Shown here: in pieces, positions 1-13,044 of the stretch | Layout of the letters: every line of letters begins with the position of its first letter | How positions within the stretch are numbered: position 1 is the stretch's first letter | DNA from: Lingula anatina | Lineage: Eukaryota > Animalia > Brachiopoda | Assembly (NCBI GenBank): GCA_051362555.1 | Contig: CM120646.1 | Coordinates: forward strand, 12,958,001-13,022,000 | DNA: 64,000 bases | Direction of reading: 5' to 3' | Made by a program: the position numbers and the translations under genes | The notes under the pieces: model-generated | What the model was told of the DNA's origin: nothing | Databases searched by the model: none | Seen by the model: only the letters and a program-made list of their open reading frames with translations

Positions 1-123
1 AGAAGATTGTAACAGGCATCACACCTAGCACAATGTGACAGAAGATTGTGACAGGAATCACACCTAGCACAATGTGACAGAAGATTGTGACAGGTATCAC
101 ACCTAGCACAATGTGACAGAAGA
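1..123. repeat. 39-bp tandem repeat (about 3.2 copies, continues off the left edge), intronic in the ZNF gene
   Basis: Unit AGAAGATTGTRACAGGNATCACACCTAGCACAATGTGAC at 1-39, 40-78, 79-117, partial at 118-123. Confidence 0.95.
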
Positions 124-160
124 CTGAGATAGCTGCCAAACCACACAAAAGACCACTCAC

Positions 161-3100
161 CTTTGTGACGTAACATGTGCACTTTAAGCTGGCTGTTTGT
201 TCTGGCTTTATAATCACACACGTTACATTCATATGGACGCACATCTAAAACAAAAGATATAAAACAACATTATTTTTCCCGTTAAAACCAAGAAAGATAT
301 TATTACTAAAGCCTAGATATTGACACTAGGCACTTTACTTAATACCATGCAAAAAGTTTAATATGCTCAATGCTAAAGATATTATACTGTCATTATACTG
401 TCATATTTAGACAAAGATGTTGCCGTTAGAACTTGGGTCACTGACATCTCACATTTTGCGTAAAAAACATGGGGAAGTAACAGTACTTTTTAATCAATCA
501 AATCTAGGGCATCAAAAGAAACAATTGGGGCTCTTTAGTCTTGGTACTTCAATGTAAACTTTGGGAAGAAAAATAATATTTTCTGTCTCTGTGAGATAAC
601 AGCAGAAAATGCACTAGTCCAAGATAATTTTCAACACAAAGCAACTACAACTCTGCGGACCACAACTCAAGTGCTACTGTCACATGACTGACGGTGCTGC
701 CACCTAGTTACCTTCATGGAAGTCCAAGTGCCTGTTGATGTCTGCTAGAGTCGGGAACTCTCTGCCACAGAAAACGCAGCGGTAAACTGGCACACCTTGA
801 ATTATGATTGGCTGACAGGATTCTTCTCGTCTGCTGGGATCTTTCACTACAGCAAGCCTGAGCAAAAATAAGGCATCAACAAATATAATACAGGTTATGA
901 CATCTATAAAATAATATCTAAGTCTGCAAAATATGAAACTAAATAATAATAAAAAAGAGATCTAAAGTTTTTTGCAGTAACTCCATAAAACTGGGATAAA
1001 ATTATTTAACAAACTAGTAATGTTAGCAGTTTCACAATTATACACGGAAGACTTTAGAAAACTCACCGAGAAGTCGATCTTCTAACATTTCCCAATCCAG
1101 ATGCAAACATGTTTCCACCAAATTGTGATTCAGGCATTCCTGCTATGAGCATGTTTGGGGGACATGAAAAGCTGCTAGACTTGGCTGCCATGGTAATGAC
1201 AGGTGTAGGCGCACCCGTCATGGATGGTGTCATAGATGGGGCCATGGTGGGTGCTGAGGCAAATCGAGATTCTTGTCCTCTGAAGAGATTTGTCTGATTG
1301 TGAGATGCAGGGAATGATTCTCCTTCAATAAATTCTACATCGTCTTGATCCTTGATGTTTATATGTTGTTGGCCTCTGACAACTTGTTGACCCCATGTCT
1401 CTTGTTGACCTTTGAACTCCTGTTGACCTCCAACCTCATTTTCATTTCTGATCACATGTATATCCAAATTCTCTTGTTGATCTCTTGTCCCATATAGAGG
1501 ATTGTTGTCAATGTTAGCATCAGCATTGTTGGCACTGACAGGGGAAGTAAGGAGTGTCTTGGGGCCAGAACCTAGGAGTTTGGTCGGCAGTGCCCCCTTG
1601 CGGCGAGTTCGTGCTGACAGGTGCGACATCATGCTGGTGGGCTGGTTGTTTGGAACTAGAATGCCAGGTGAAGTGAAAACATCACTTTCTTCCTCATCTT
1701 CCTCCTGGTCATCCACAATGTCTGGGTTTCCTGGTCCTAAAACATCCTCGTCTCCGAGTGGCTCGTCAGAGGGCAGCACCACCGTGACATCCTCACCAAC
1801 GCCATCTTCCTGCCGAATTTTCTTGATTTTTGATTGTTGGTCTTCCTCTTTTGTTTCTTCCTCTTTGAAACTTGGGATTTCTTTCTTTCTGTTGATGCTT
1901 CCTGCATTTTTCAGACTGGCAATCTTGTTTTCCAATCTGGATTTGTAAGAAGAGAGAGAACTCCCACCACTGCTGCGTCTATTCAGGCGGTTTCTAAAAA
2001 CTGAGTACTTGTTGGTTGAAAAGAAGGAATGTCTTCTGACTGGCTTCAGAGCAATCAGATCGTCGTGGTTTTTCACATGGTCATGAAAGCGTACAATATG
2101 TTGTCGAAGGTTTCGCATCTCACTGAATCCCTTTCCACATTCACGGCAATAGCATGGTTTAACTCCTGTGTGGATGCGTTCATGCCTACGAAGAGAAAAG
2201 AGACGGAAGAACCCCTTGTTGCAGGTGCGGCACTGATAAAAAGTTGTCCCTTCACCCTCTCTGTTGGAACCCTGGATCCCAGACAACCTCTTCAAGTATG
2301 TCTTCTCACTGGCTGGCCTGGCGTAGTTCCTCAGCATCTTTGGTGTCTCCATTGAGCTCAGCACGCTGACGTTCTGTGAGATCAAATGATCAATTCTCTC
2401 CCTGATCTTGTCTTTCATATCTCCTTCCTCTTCTTCCATTGTGTCAGATCTGGCATCTCCTGCGAGTCTACCTCCGTACTGGGAAATGCCCTCTGCTGAC
2501 ATCTGGTGGCCACTTGAAAAATTGTCAAATTCTGGGTTGTCATGCTTGAAGTGCCACTCCAAGTGGTAGACAAACTGCATACGTGAAGTGAAACTAGCAC
2601 CACAAGCCTGGCAGCGATACAAAGCAGGATCTTGGTCAAAATGCAGTGGAAGATGAATCTGTAACTTCCCAAGGTCTGAGTAGACCTGGCTGCAGAGGTG
2701 ACACTTGTACAAGGCCATTCTCTGCCCCGTTGTGGTGTCGTAACCATCGAGGCGGCTCACAACCATTGTCTCCTCAATAACCTCAAAGTTTTGCTTGCTC
2801 ATGTTGAGGCTCTTGACCTTCTGTGCCTGGCTGTAGCTATCCCAGGACTCCTCATCCTGCAGCATGACCTCTGTATGTTTCTGCATCACTTGACCACTTC
2901 CTATCCTTGCATTGCTGTCCACTGTTGGTCCTTGACTATCATGTTTTTCATCCTGGAAACTTATGTTGTGGAATACAAGACCTTTACGCCCTGGACTTGG
3001 CTTGGTAACGGGAATGAGGTTTTTCTGTGTTGGTGCAGCGTGGTGTTGTTTCTTTCTCCGTCTCCATGGGTTCAGTGCTTTCCCCTCTTGCTGGCTTACA

Positions 3101-6100
3101 TTATAAACATTAGTTTGGTTACTGGCACCATATGACCTGTAAGCCTGGGGATTTCTTAATCGGAGACCTCGAAGCACTGATGGGCCTTGATAGCTCTTGG
3201 CAGGCACTGGCTCAGTCTCCTCTTGCTCTTGACTTGTAGTGGCTCCCTCTTTCTGCAGACTTTTTGGCTGAGTTTCCCCAGTCTGGCTGATGCTATGGTT
3301 GGAATTCTCCCCTTTTTCTTCGATGTCATCCAACATTTGACCTGTAGGAGGCACTCCCATTTGGCTACATTCAGGAGAAGATGAATCCTGAGTAGGAATG
3401 TCCAGTTTTATCAAGGCCTCATTTACAACCACGGCTGATGCATGACCCAAATCTAGCCCACCATTGCCATTCACCAAGACAGAGTCACCTCCCCCGCCCA
3501 TTTCTTCAATCCTCATCTTCACCAACTCTTGTTCTTTTTGTTTGTAGTGTTCTTTAACCTTCAGCCGCAAATAGCGCTCTTCAAGACCCTGACTCAGCTC
3601 GACATCCATGTTGTGGTGAGCTTTCATGTGATATAACATGCTGCCCTTGGCCTTGAATGCCTTTCCACAGACCTGAGGAGATAGATTATTTCATATAAGT
3701 GGAGAAGTGCAATATACTGGGTCACCATACACTATATCAAATATTATAGAACAGATGTATTTTGTTTATGCAATACTTCATCCAGATAATTGCAAATTAA
3801 TAATAATAATAATAATAAAATAAAATAAAATAAATTAAAATATATAAATGAATGAAAAAAATTACAACAACTATAAATATCTATTTTGTTGTTTTACATG
3901 TAAAGATAGACAACTTTAATCATAATGCTTGTCTCCCACTTACTGCACATTTGAAAGGCCTCTCTCCTGTGTGTACCATGAGGTGGCGCTTCAGGTCGCT
4001 TGGCTTGGGACAAACTTTGCCACAAAATGTACACGTGCGGTGGGCCAGGAAGGAGGACTTGCCGTCAAAATGCTGACTGAGTTTGTGCGAGAGACTTTGA
4101 CTATCAGGAGAGATCCATGGCCCATCTTGGGAATCCTCCTGACCAGTCCCACCCATGCTGCCATCTTGTGAGATACCCTGCAAACAATGATGTTATAAAT
4201 GATAGGTTTAACCTTTAATGTATCTAAAATACTGAAAATTCACCAATTTGTATTTGTTCAAAAGCAAACCCAATACATAATCTTTTTAAATAATTCTATT
4301 TATCATGCAATGGTAGATAGAGAATATGACACTATTGTATTTATGAGTGTAAAAGCAGGCCAATACATAAAGAGTGCATTCCCAGAGATTCAGATTGATC
4401 CATTCGGATCGACCCAACTCCCTGGGGGTTCACGCTAAATTGCAGTCAGCCGAGCGCACATGGCAATATTACCCCCTTACAGCTCTTAGTAGGTGGGACA
4501 GACGCTTAAGCCGGCTAAGCTGACAGTAATCTAGTGAGACTCCCCACAGGGATAGATTGATCTAAAATCTGTGGGAATGGGGTCAAAGACATCTAAGTTT
4601 ATGTAAAAGCAAACATTTTACCTCATCATCTTGCTCCAACTGAGATTCTGGCCGAGGGCTGGAGTCAGCTGACATGGGTGTATTCCTGCCACCATGTTGG
4701 AAACGGCCTTGTGGGATAGAAGAACTGTCCCCCGACTCCTGGGACCCACTTTCAGCACTCGCCTCATCCAACTTCACTAACTTAGCACCATGATAAGCAC
4801 CGCTCTGGACAGCGCCAGCACCTTTGAGGTAGAGCGAGGAGGAGAGAAGGCCAGCGCCTGTTGGCCAGGTGCCCTTGATGTTCTCCAGCTGAAGTTTGCG
4901 CTTCCGTGCCTCAGAATATTTCTGTACGATGTTGGTGTTTTGTGACTCCATCCCGTGGTGCATATACTGGTGGTATTGAAGACTGCGTTTGGCCTTGAAA
5001 GCTTTGCTGCACACCTGAATATTATATACACACATAAATGAATAAGTGAGAACACCAGCCCATACACACATATGCACACACATGTACACAAACTTATACA
5101 AACACAAGTATGCAGGTTTATGTATGTACAGTACAGTAAAGGTATGCATTGTACACTTCAGTATATTCAAACAAGTATTTGTAAAATTACATATGAGCAA
5201 AGCTTAAACTAGTGTAAGCCCATTCAAGAACTCACAACACTCAAAACTAAAAATATGCAAATGGATATACACAAAATACTAGTATACAAATAGACACGTG
5301 ACACAGTACCAGGGGGGGGGTACTCACATTACAGGCAAAGGGTCTCTCTCCAGTGTGTTTACGGACATGTCGCTCTAAGTCAGCAGGGCTCTTCTTTACC
5401 ACACCACAGTACATACATGTGCGATCAGTGAGATCTAGTAGACCGGTTTGACTGGAGGGAAACTTGCTGCAATGGAAGTATTCATGCTAAATTCATATAT
5501 GTTTACAAGAAAGTAAGACTGTAAACTATGGAGTTTTAGGTCTTTTTAAGAACATTTTTACTGGAGGACAGTGTTGGTGATGCCACTGATGGCCATTACT
5601 TCAGATACTTATAAATCTGTACAAAAATTAAACTGCAATTACAGAATGTGATTCAGATTGTTACTAAATTTAAAGCTGTCAAATACATGTTCTGTTTTGA
5701 CTTAAAATGCACATTAGCATAGAGAAGAAATGATCACCTAGCACCAAAGGACAAAGACTGTGATTGGTTAGGATCTGCCAGTTCCAGCTTGTTCAACCAA
5801 TCCCCACCACCGGCTGTTCCAAGCAAAGAATCTGAGCCTGGGAAAATGCTCTTCTGGGAAGTTGAACTGGTAGCTGGCACCTCCTGTACACCAGCACTTG
5901 TGGGATCATTGTCCCCCAAGGCATTCAGAACTTTATTCAACACTTGGAAATCACTGTCCTGATCTTCCGGCCACTGGACGTTGTGTGAATTTGATGAGGA
6001 GTGGGTGGTGTCAGTTGCCACAGCTTCTGGTATACTGGTGGACTGGGGGTCTGTTACAGTAACATCTGAGGAAGTTTGACCTAGACTGACCGGCCCTTGG

Positions 6101-6494
6101 GTCAGCAGATCTGTCCCTCCACCTTCTTTGCCATCTTCATCTAAAATTGTAATGTGTAAATGTGTTTATTTCAGCTTTAAAACAAAATGCCTTATATTCA
6201 CAACTGAAAGGTTATAAAACATGTTTTTAAATACCATGTATATCCAGAGTAAAAAATAAATAAAAATAAATGAAATAATTAAATAATTAATAAATGCACA
6301 AAATTAAAAAAATAAAAAATAAAAAAAATAAAGAGAGATCGATATGCTGGAATATAACAACACTTGACACTGGACCTATAGGAGGACCTATAAAATAAAC
6401 AATCTTGTTTTACATGTAACATGCAATTCAACATGTAATTTAATTGGCAGCAGGCAATGTACTTGATCATTCAGGATCATGATGTAATGAAGTG

Positions 6495-6533
<39 letters not shown>

Positions 6534-7392
6534 ATCATCCCTACTAATTGAACTTGGTCAGTGTGTATAAATTCTTGTAGTTCAAAAACTACAAACACGG
6601 CAAAAAAATACCTGAAGAAGCACAAACAAAATATAAATTAAACAAGTATCATAAATAGGTATCGGTAAATAACCGAAAATAAACCATTAAAACAGTCTAA
6701 ATTATTTTACTTTTTACTCAGAAATGATGTGGAGATGAAAACCATTCATGTTTTTAATCCTGTATTCACCCAAAAAGGCGAATAACATTTTAACTTTCTT
6801 GGAAAATAGAAAGAAAAAAGGGAGAAAAAGGACGATCCCAAACCAATCCTCCATTCATCTCATTACTTCCGCCTTAACTTCGACCTCTGACCTTTTATGT
6901 CAAGACTTGCCAAATGCACGTGCAACACAACAACAATCAACAAACCCAATAACATCACTTTATTTCTCCATCAAATTCTCCGATCGCATTTTCAGCGTCC
7001 ACTCTCAAACCCTCCCTTCAGAGCCCCTCATTACTAATCCACTTCCTGTGCACGTGTGTCTCGAGTCACGCGTACGTGAACAAAAGTAAACAGCCTGCAA
7101 GAACGTGCGTCTGCATACGTATTAGCACGCCGCCCGGCGTCGCTGCCAGCCGCCTCAGCGCCAGCAAGGGTTGTTTTTCTAAATTCAACACTGCGGCTTA
7201 ATGTGTGCATCCAGGCACGCTTATGTATTCAACCCGGCTGTCACGCACTCTGCTGATACGTCAGCACATGCGCGTGCGTGATTCATGCATGTTAATTTCA
7301 TCCCCGCCCATACGCGGTCGAAAAGGGGAAAAGATACAATAAATACACTTACTTAAGATGTGTTGAGGCTTCGATTGTTTCCTCCTCGACAT
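161..7392 (-). CDS. Multi-cluster C2H2 zinc-finger transcription factor with N-terminal NuRD-interaction motif; 3' end lies outside the window
   Basis: Exons assembled by hand, all GT-AG with matching phases: 7392-7353 ([13 protein letters not shown]), 6140-5738, 5466-5328 ([18 protein letters not shown]), 5014-4622, 4177-3944 ([24 protein letters not shown]), 3672-1067 (the 858-aa ORF, further fingers), 857-712 (CVFC..RHLDFH), 244-161 ([14 protein letters not shown]). No stop before the window edge. Confidence 0.92.
1067..3672 (-). CDS. Large internal exon 6 (2606 nt) of the zinc-finger gene
   Basis: 858-aa ORF with C2H2 fingers (CHLC, CQAC, CRTC..HTGVKP..CREC); acceptor CAG at 3675-3673, donor GTGAGT at 1066-1061. 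Confidence 0.93.
4372..4584. mobile_element. PIF/Harbinger-like MITE, family A
   Basis: Ends GAGTGCATTCCCA...TGGGAATGGGGTC, 3-bp AAA flanks; internal sequence shared with copies at 9077, 20949, 31180, 36807. Confidence 0.85.
6496..6530. repeat. Poly(A) tract, about 35 nt
   Basis: Uninterrupted A run in intron 1 of the ZNF gene. Confidence 0.9.
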
Positions 7393-7621
7393 CTCCTGCC
7401 CTTTATATCGAAGACCTTGAAGTTAGTTGAGTAAAAACAGCACTTAAAACATGCAAATAAACATCAAAACGCGAGAGCTCGTACACATTCATTAGCACCG
7501 GCGGCCATCTTTGACTTTGCAGTCTGGGTATGCCACATGTGGTACTTGCATGTGTATTTCATCAGTTCCTCGTTAGAAGCCGGTTATCTTCTTTATTGTA
7601 TTCCATAACATATTTTTAAGA
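7393..7621. promoter_or_regulatory. Bidirectional promoter shared by the ZNF gene and DARS1
   Basis: Divergent ATGs at 7392 (-) and 7622 (+) are 229 bp apart; YY1-type motif GCGGCCATCTT at 7501-7511; locally CpG-rich in an otherwise CpG-poor window. Confidence 0.8.
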
Positions 7622-10600
7622 ATGGCCGATACAAATGCAGAAAACGAAGGACCATTAGGGTATGTAGAGCGGTTCTAAAAGTTTTATTAAGTTACAGATA
7701 TGTCCCTTAAAGACCCCGATCTTATGCTGTTGTTATGATGTGTGGCCTACATTGTCAGTGTGAACCGAGGACACGCATTTCCTTTATGAAGTTAATACAT
7801 TGTAGCACGACCTTGGATGTATTGATCATTGAAATGTGTGCGTGCCTCAGCGTGTGACTTCAGACAAACTATAATTGTATCGTCCTTTGTGTCAACTTTA
7901 CTTATAGCTGAAGATGTAACATGTAACATTTAAACGTCTTTTTTTACTGATAGGTTTATAAATGTGAGTGTTAAATTACGCGATTTATGGTATATGCATT
8001 GTAAAAGTTTGAAGTATCACTAACGCATTTTTGCCACGTGCTTATATACATGTAGTCCCAATTTATGGCACTAATAATCATAACTTATACCATGTAATTT
8101 ATTCTTGATGAACACAAGAATATTTTTGAAGTAGATGACAGTAAACAAAAGAGAAGTAAAAATAGAAAACAAAATAACTTCTTTACTTGCCATATTGAAA
8201 GGGATAATAACTCTCTGTTCTGGCCAAAAAATGAATTTTCCTGGAGTAAGCAACAATTTTCCCATACTTACCATTGGTTAATGAATCAATTTTTACATTC
8301 AGAGTTAGTCCCTGTTTGTTTTCTTCTAAAAAGTTTTTTTTTATAATCTCTAGAGATTATAACAGAGTATAGCCATCAGTGGAGGTCACATCTAGTCTAA
8401 AGACAAGCTCAGATATCAGAATAATAGCTATAACTGCTGTTTTTGTGGTAAAACAGAATATATTATATTTCTGAGTTGTTCACAATCTTTTTATTGTGAA
8501 ATATAGACCTCATACGGAGAGTTATTTATCCCTTTAAGGCCTTCCAAGCCAAGATTTCCCCTCAAAACCTCAAGTTTTAAGGATTTCTCCCCACATTTTC
8601 TCCCAACTTATACCAACTTTAATCTATCTTTCTTTTTTTCATACATTTTTGTGAAAAGCAAAAAATGACCACCTTTTTTTTTTTGGGGGGGGGGGGGAGG
8701 AGGTAAACAGAAGAATAGATTAGAGGGTGGGAAGAAATGTGAATGAGGAAAATACCATGGAATGATGGGATACACCAGCCATACTGTGAATTATAATTTC
8801 CACTTTTCAGTCCTGATGGGAAACCTATATCGAAGAAAGCCCTGAAGAAACAACAGAAACAGGCTGAAAAGGCAGCTAAGAAGGAACAGCACAAGCAGGC
8901 TGTAAGTCAAACTTACATTGATCTTGTCAGTTTTCGAAGCATTTGTTTAAATAAAGATAGGTCATACTGGAACAAACTGATATCAGAAAAACTTATGCTA
9001 GTATATTATTGCTGTGCTCTGTCAAGCTTAGAGCGTAGTTTCCTTTAGAACACTGTTCAGATTGACCTTTTACTTGGACTGCATTCCCACAGATTTTAAG
9101 ATCGATCTGTCCCCGTGGGGAGTCTCACTAGGTTGCTGTCAGCTTAGCCAGCTTAAATGTCTGTCCTGCCTACTAAAAGCTGTAAGGGGGTAATTAACTT
9201 CGATGCGAGCTCGACTGACAGCAATTTAGCATGAACCCCCAGGGAGTTAGGTCGATCCAGATGGATCGATCTCAATCTGTGGGAACCCAGTCTAAGATAT
9301 CATATCTTACCTCAAAGCTGATAGTTTTGCCATCAGCAAGAGCCTTCTAAGACAGGTGACTTTACTCGACAATTTTTTTTAATCTTGAGACATTAACATT
9401 ACTTCTACTCCAGGCTGGAGGAGATGGAAATGAAGATGCAGAAAAAGAAGACTTTGCAAAGGACTTTTATGGCAAGTGTCCCATGAACCAGTCCCAGGAG
9501 AGGGTAGAGAGAGACCTCGTCCCTGTGCAGAGCCTCACCCTGGAGCTGGCAGAGAAGAAGAAGGACGAGAAAATATGGTGCAGAGGAAGGTTACACACCA
9601 GTAGAAGTAAAGGTATGGCTTTTGAAACTCTCAGACATGCCTTGTGTTTTGTAGATTTGCAAAAGTTTGTGCAATTTTATCATTGGAAGCTCCATGAAGT
9701 AGCTTTAGAATAGGAATATCAAGGAGATATATGCTATGTCTTATCTGGTTTATATACAGTTAAAATAATTATCATCACTTCAGACTAAAAAACTTTTTAA
9801 AATTTTGGTTGCAAATATGAAATAAACAATCCTTGTCAGTGACATAACATCATGAGCTTTAGCAAGATAAAGCATAGCAGTATTAATATATGATTGTGAA
9901 ATTTTGTGAGACAAGCTTGCAAAATGTGCTTCTCTTGGCCTTAATAATTCCAGTCGTTTTTATATGACTACTTTATATACAAGTAAATTTTTGTAATGTT
10001 TACAGTTTTGATGTTTAAAATGATATTTCAGGAAAGCAATGTTTCTTCGTGTTGCGGCACCAGCATTTCAATGTACAGGCCATTGTTGCTGTTGGGGAGA
10101 GAGTTAGCAAACAGATGGTGAAATTTGTGGCAGCGTAAGTGGAAAAAACTACTTAAATGATTTCTTGGCTTTAAACAATCTTGTGTGGCCTAAGTTTGTG
10201 GTTTAAGACCATATAACATAATTTGTTTGTCAAAAATGATAGTTCCATTAAATGCAGTGGGGTATAAGAGACATATGCTGTTGATTATACATAAGTGGCA
10301 ATCACATCATCAGATATACTTTTGATTACACATTGATTTAAATCTGGATTTCCAATTTGTTGTTAAATTGAAGTTTCATTGTTGAGTTCAATGTTATTAA
10401 AGAAGTTGGAGGTCATTTTTACATTCAAAGCTAGTCCCCGTTTTTTTTTTTTTTTTTTTTCTAAAAAGTTTTTTTTTTTGTTATAATCTCTTACTTGTGA
10501 GTTACTGTGAAAGAATATGGCAGTTACGTCTCATGAAATGTTAAGATTCCCCTCTACCCCTTCTATCAAGATACTCACAGAACCCTTGGAGTTCATTATA

Positions 10601-10972
10601 AAAGTGGGTCTTGGTATATTCCAGTATCACAAAAGAATCTATCATAGACGTTGAAGGCTATGTGAGAAAAGTGGACCAGAAAATAGAGAGCTGTTCTCAA
10701 CAAGATGTGGAGCTCCATGTGGAACAGGTGACAATATTTGTGTTATTTCTACAGATAATTGTAAAAAAAAGGAAGAATTATACTAAGCATTAACATAACT
10801 TACATAACTTGAATGTTTCATATGTTATGTTGTAATAGTACAGGGTCTGGTTTGTAAAGTTACGCAAGTGTGTGTGTGTGTGTTTATGTGTGCATTTTCA
10901 TATGTTTGCACATACATCAATACATATAAACCAAGAGTATGTGAATCCATGTGCATTTATAGAATGCCTGCC

Positions 10973-11004
<32 letters not shown>

Positions 11005-12995
11005 TGCGTGTGCGTGCATGCATGCACGTTTTCAGGAAAGAACATAATTTCACCTGTATATCTGTACATGTGTATCTGTGTATTCTGTACATTGTTGTTA
11101 TCTACTTCCACAGGTTTGGGTTGTGAGTGCAGCAGAACCTAGGTTACCTGTACAGATTGATGACCTGTCACGACCAGAGAGTGAAGATGTAAGTCTACAA
11201 ATTAAAGATATACTGAGCATTTTCATCATGTAACATCATTGTGCATCTCACATAACCTCTCAACTGGTAAATATGCTAGTGTCAGGACACAAGGTCTTTT
11301 TTCCCCTTCACATTATATATATTTATAAAGGAAGGTATCTTCATTTTAAGGAAAGGGGCCAGCAAAATTATTTGCAAATATAACTATATTTTATCTCTGC
11401 CCCATGGAGATTAAAAGTGTTTAAAATGTATTTGTTACATTGATTTTGAATTCAGCTGGCCTTATGATAAATTCATCTTAAGTCTTGATTTTAATATCAG
11501 GTTAGGTGCTCATTTGTGATTTGAAAGTCTTGCTGAAAAAATTAAAACGGTCCATAAAAAGGCCAAATTAGTTTTTGCTGCTTAAAGCATGAATGTCTTT
11601 TCACAGAAAAAAATTAAATAATAAAAATAAAAGAGAGCGATAAATGCAGTAATTCCTTTACTGTCCATGCAGGACTTGGCCAAAGTGAACCCGGACACCA
11701 GACTGGACAATCGCATCCTGGACCTGCGTACTGCTACCAGTCAGGCCATCTTTAGACTGCAGGGAGGGGTGTGCCGGCTCTTCAGGGACACGCTGACCGC
11801 CAAGGGGTTCACCGAGATACACACACCCAAAATTATCTCAGGTAAATGATTAATATGAACTGAAAGGTAGATGTTAGATTATTTCTTTAGCCTAGCTGGC
11901 ACAGTGACAAAAATCAATTTTTTTTAGCTAAATATCATGGATTCTGCTTATTAATTAGTAATCCTAAGCTATGATGTTTTTAAACTTATTAAACATTATT
12001 AAAGTTGTGCACTATCTTAATACAACTTTCATAGTAATACAAGAGTCTTGTGGTTGGAACAACCAAATTGTTACCAACTTGATAGAGTGACATTTATTTT
12101 ACCACCCAGCTTCCAGCAAAAAGATAAAGATGGACCTGATTTTGCAGTCTTTATATTAAAGTCTGCTTTTCTTTTCACAGGATTTCTTTTGTTCATAATG
12201 AAATACTTACATGTAGGTTGTTACCATTTGATCTTTATGCAAATACCAATGTGAACTTTTTGTCACCCTTACCTGACTTGTTGAGAAGTTAAAATTTGAA
12301 ATCTATTGTATAAACCCCAATGTTTCAGCTGCCAGTGAGGGAGGGGCCAATGTATTCACAGTAAGCTACTTCAAGGGCAGTGCTTATCTGGCACAGTCAC
12401 CACAACTGTACAAGCAGATGGCCATCGCAGGGGACCTGGACAAAGTTTTCACAGTGGGGGCAGGTAATGAGGATTAAGATGAGTTATAGATACATGTACA
12501 TTTTAGCTTGGGAATTTTCAATGACCTTCATTTGCCAGTTTTCAAGAGCATTTGTCTAATTGCTGATTAGAAGATTTTGCAGAGAAATCAATCACAGACA
12601 AATTTTAGCAGGAAGTTAATGGCAAAGACCTAGACATCACTCGAACAGCTTACTTGAGCTTAATCTCTGATTATAGTGGTTTATTTCCAGTGTTCCGTGC
12701 TGAGGATTCCAACACACACAGACATCTGACAGAGTTTGTAGGCCTGGATGTGGAGATGGCGTTCAAGTATCACTACCATGAGGTGATGGACGTCATCGGG
12801 GACTTGTTTGTCAATATTTTCAAGGGACTCAGGGACAAGTATGTCTATTATGTAGTACTTTTACTTGTGGTTCTATCATGTTATAACTCTGTTGTGATCT
12901 AGTTCAAATGATTAGTTTGAAGTTTAAATGATGGTGATGTGCTAGATATAGTGGTCTTCCCTCTCTCCCTCCCTCCCTCTCCCTCTCTCTCTCTC

Positions 12996-13044
<49 letters not shown>

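Noticed and set aside
1109-3384. Plus-strand ORFs (62-148 aa) overlapping ZNF exon 6
   Set aside because: Antisense shadows of a long coding exon; no recognisable motifs.
6748-7089. 113-aa plus-strand ORF in ZNF intron 1
   Set aside because: No recognisable domain; composition follows the local DNA.
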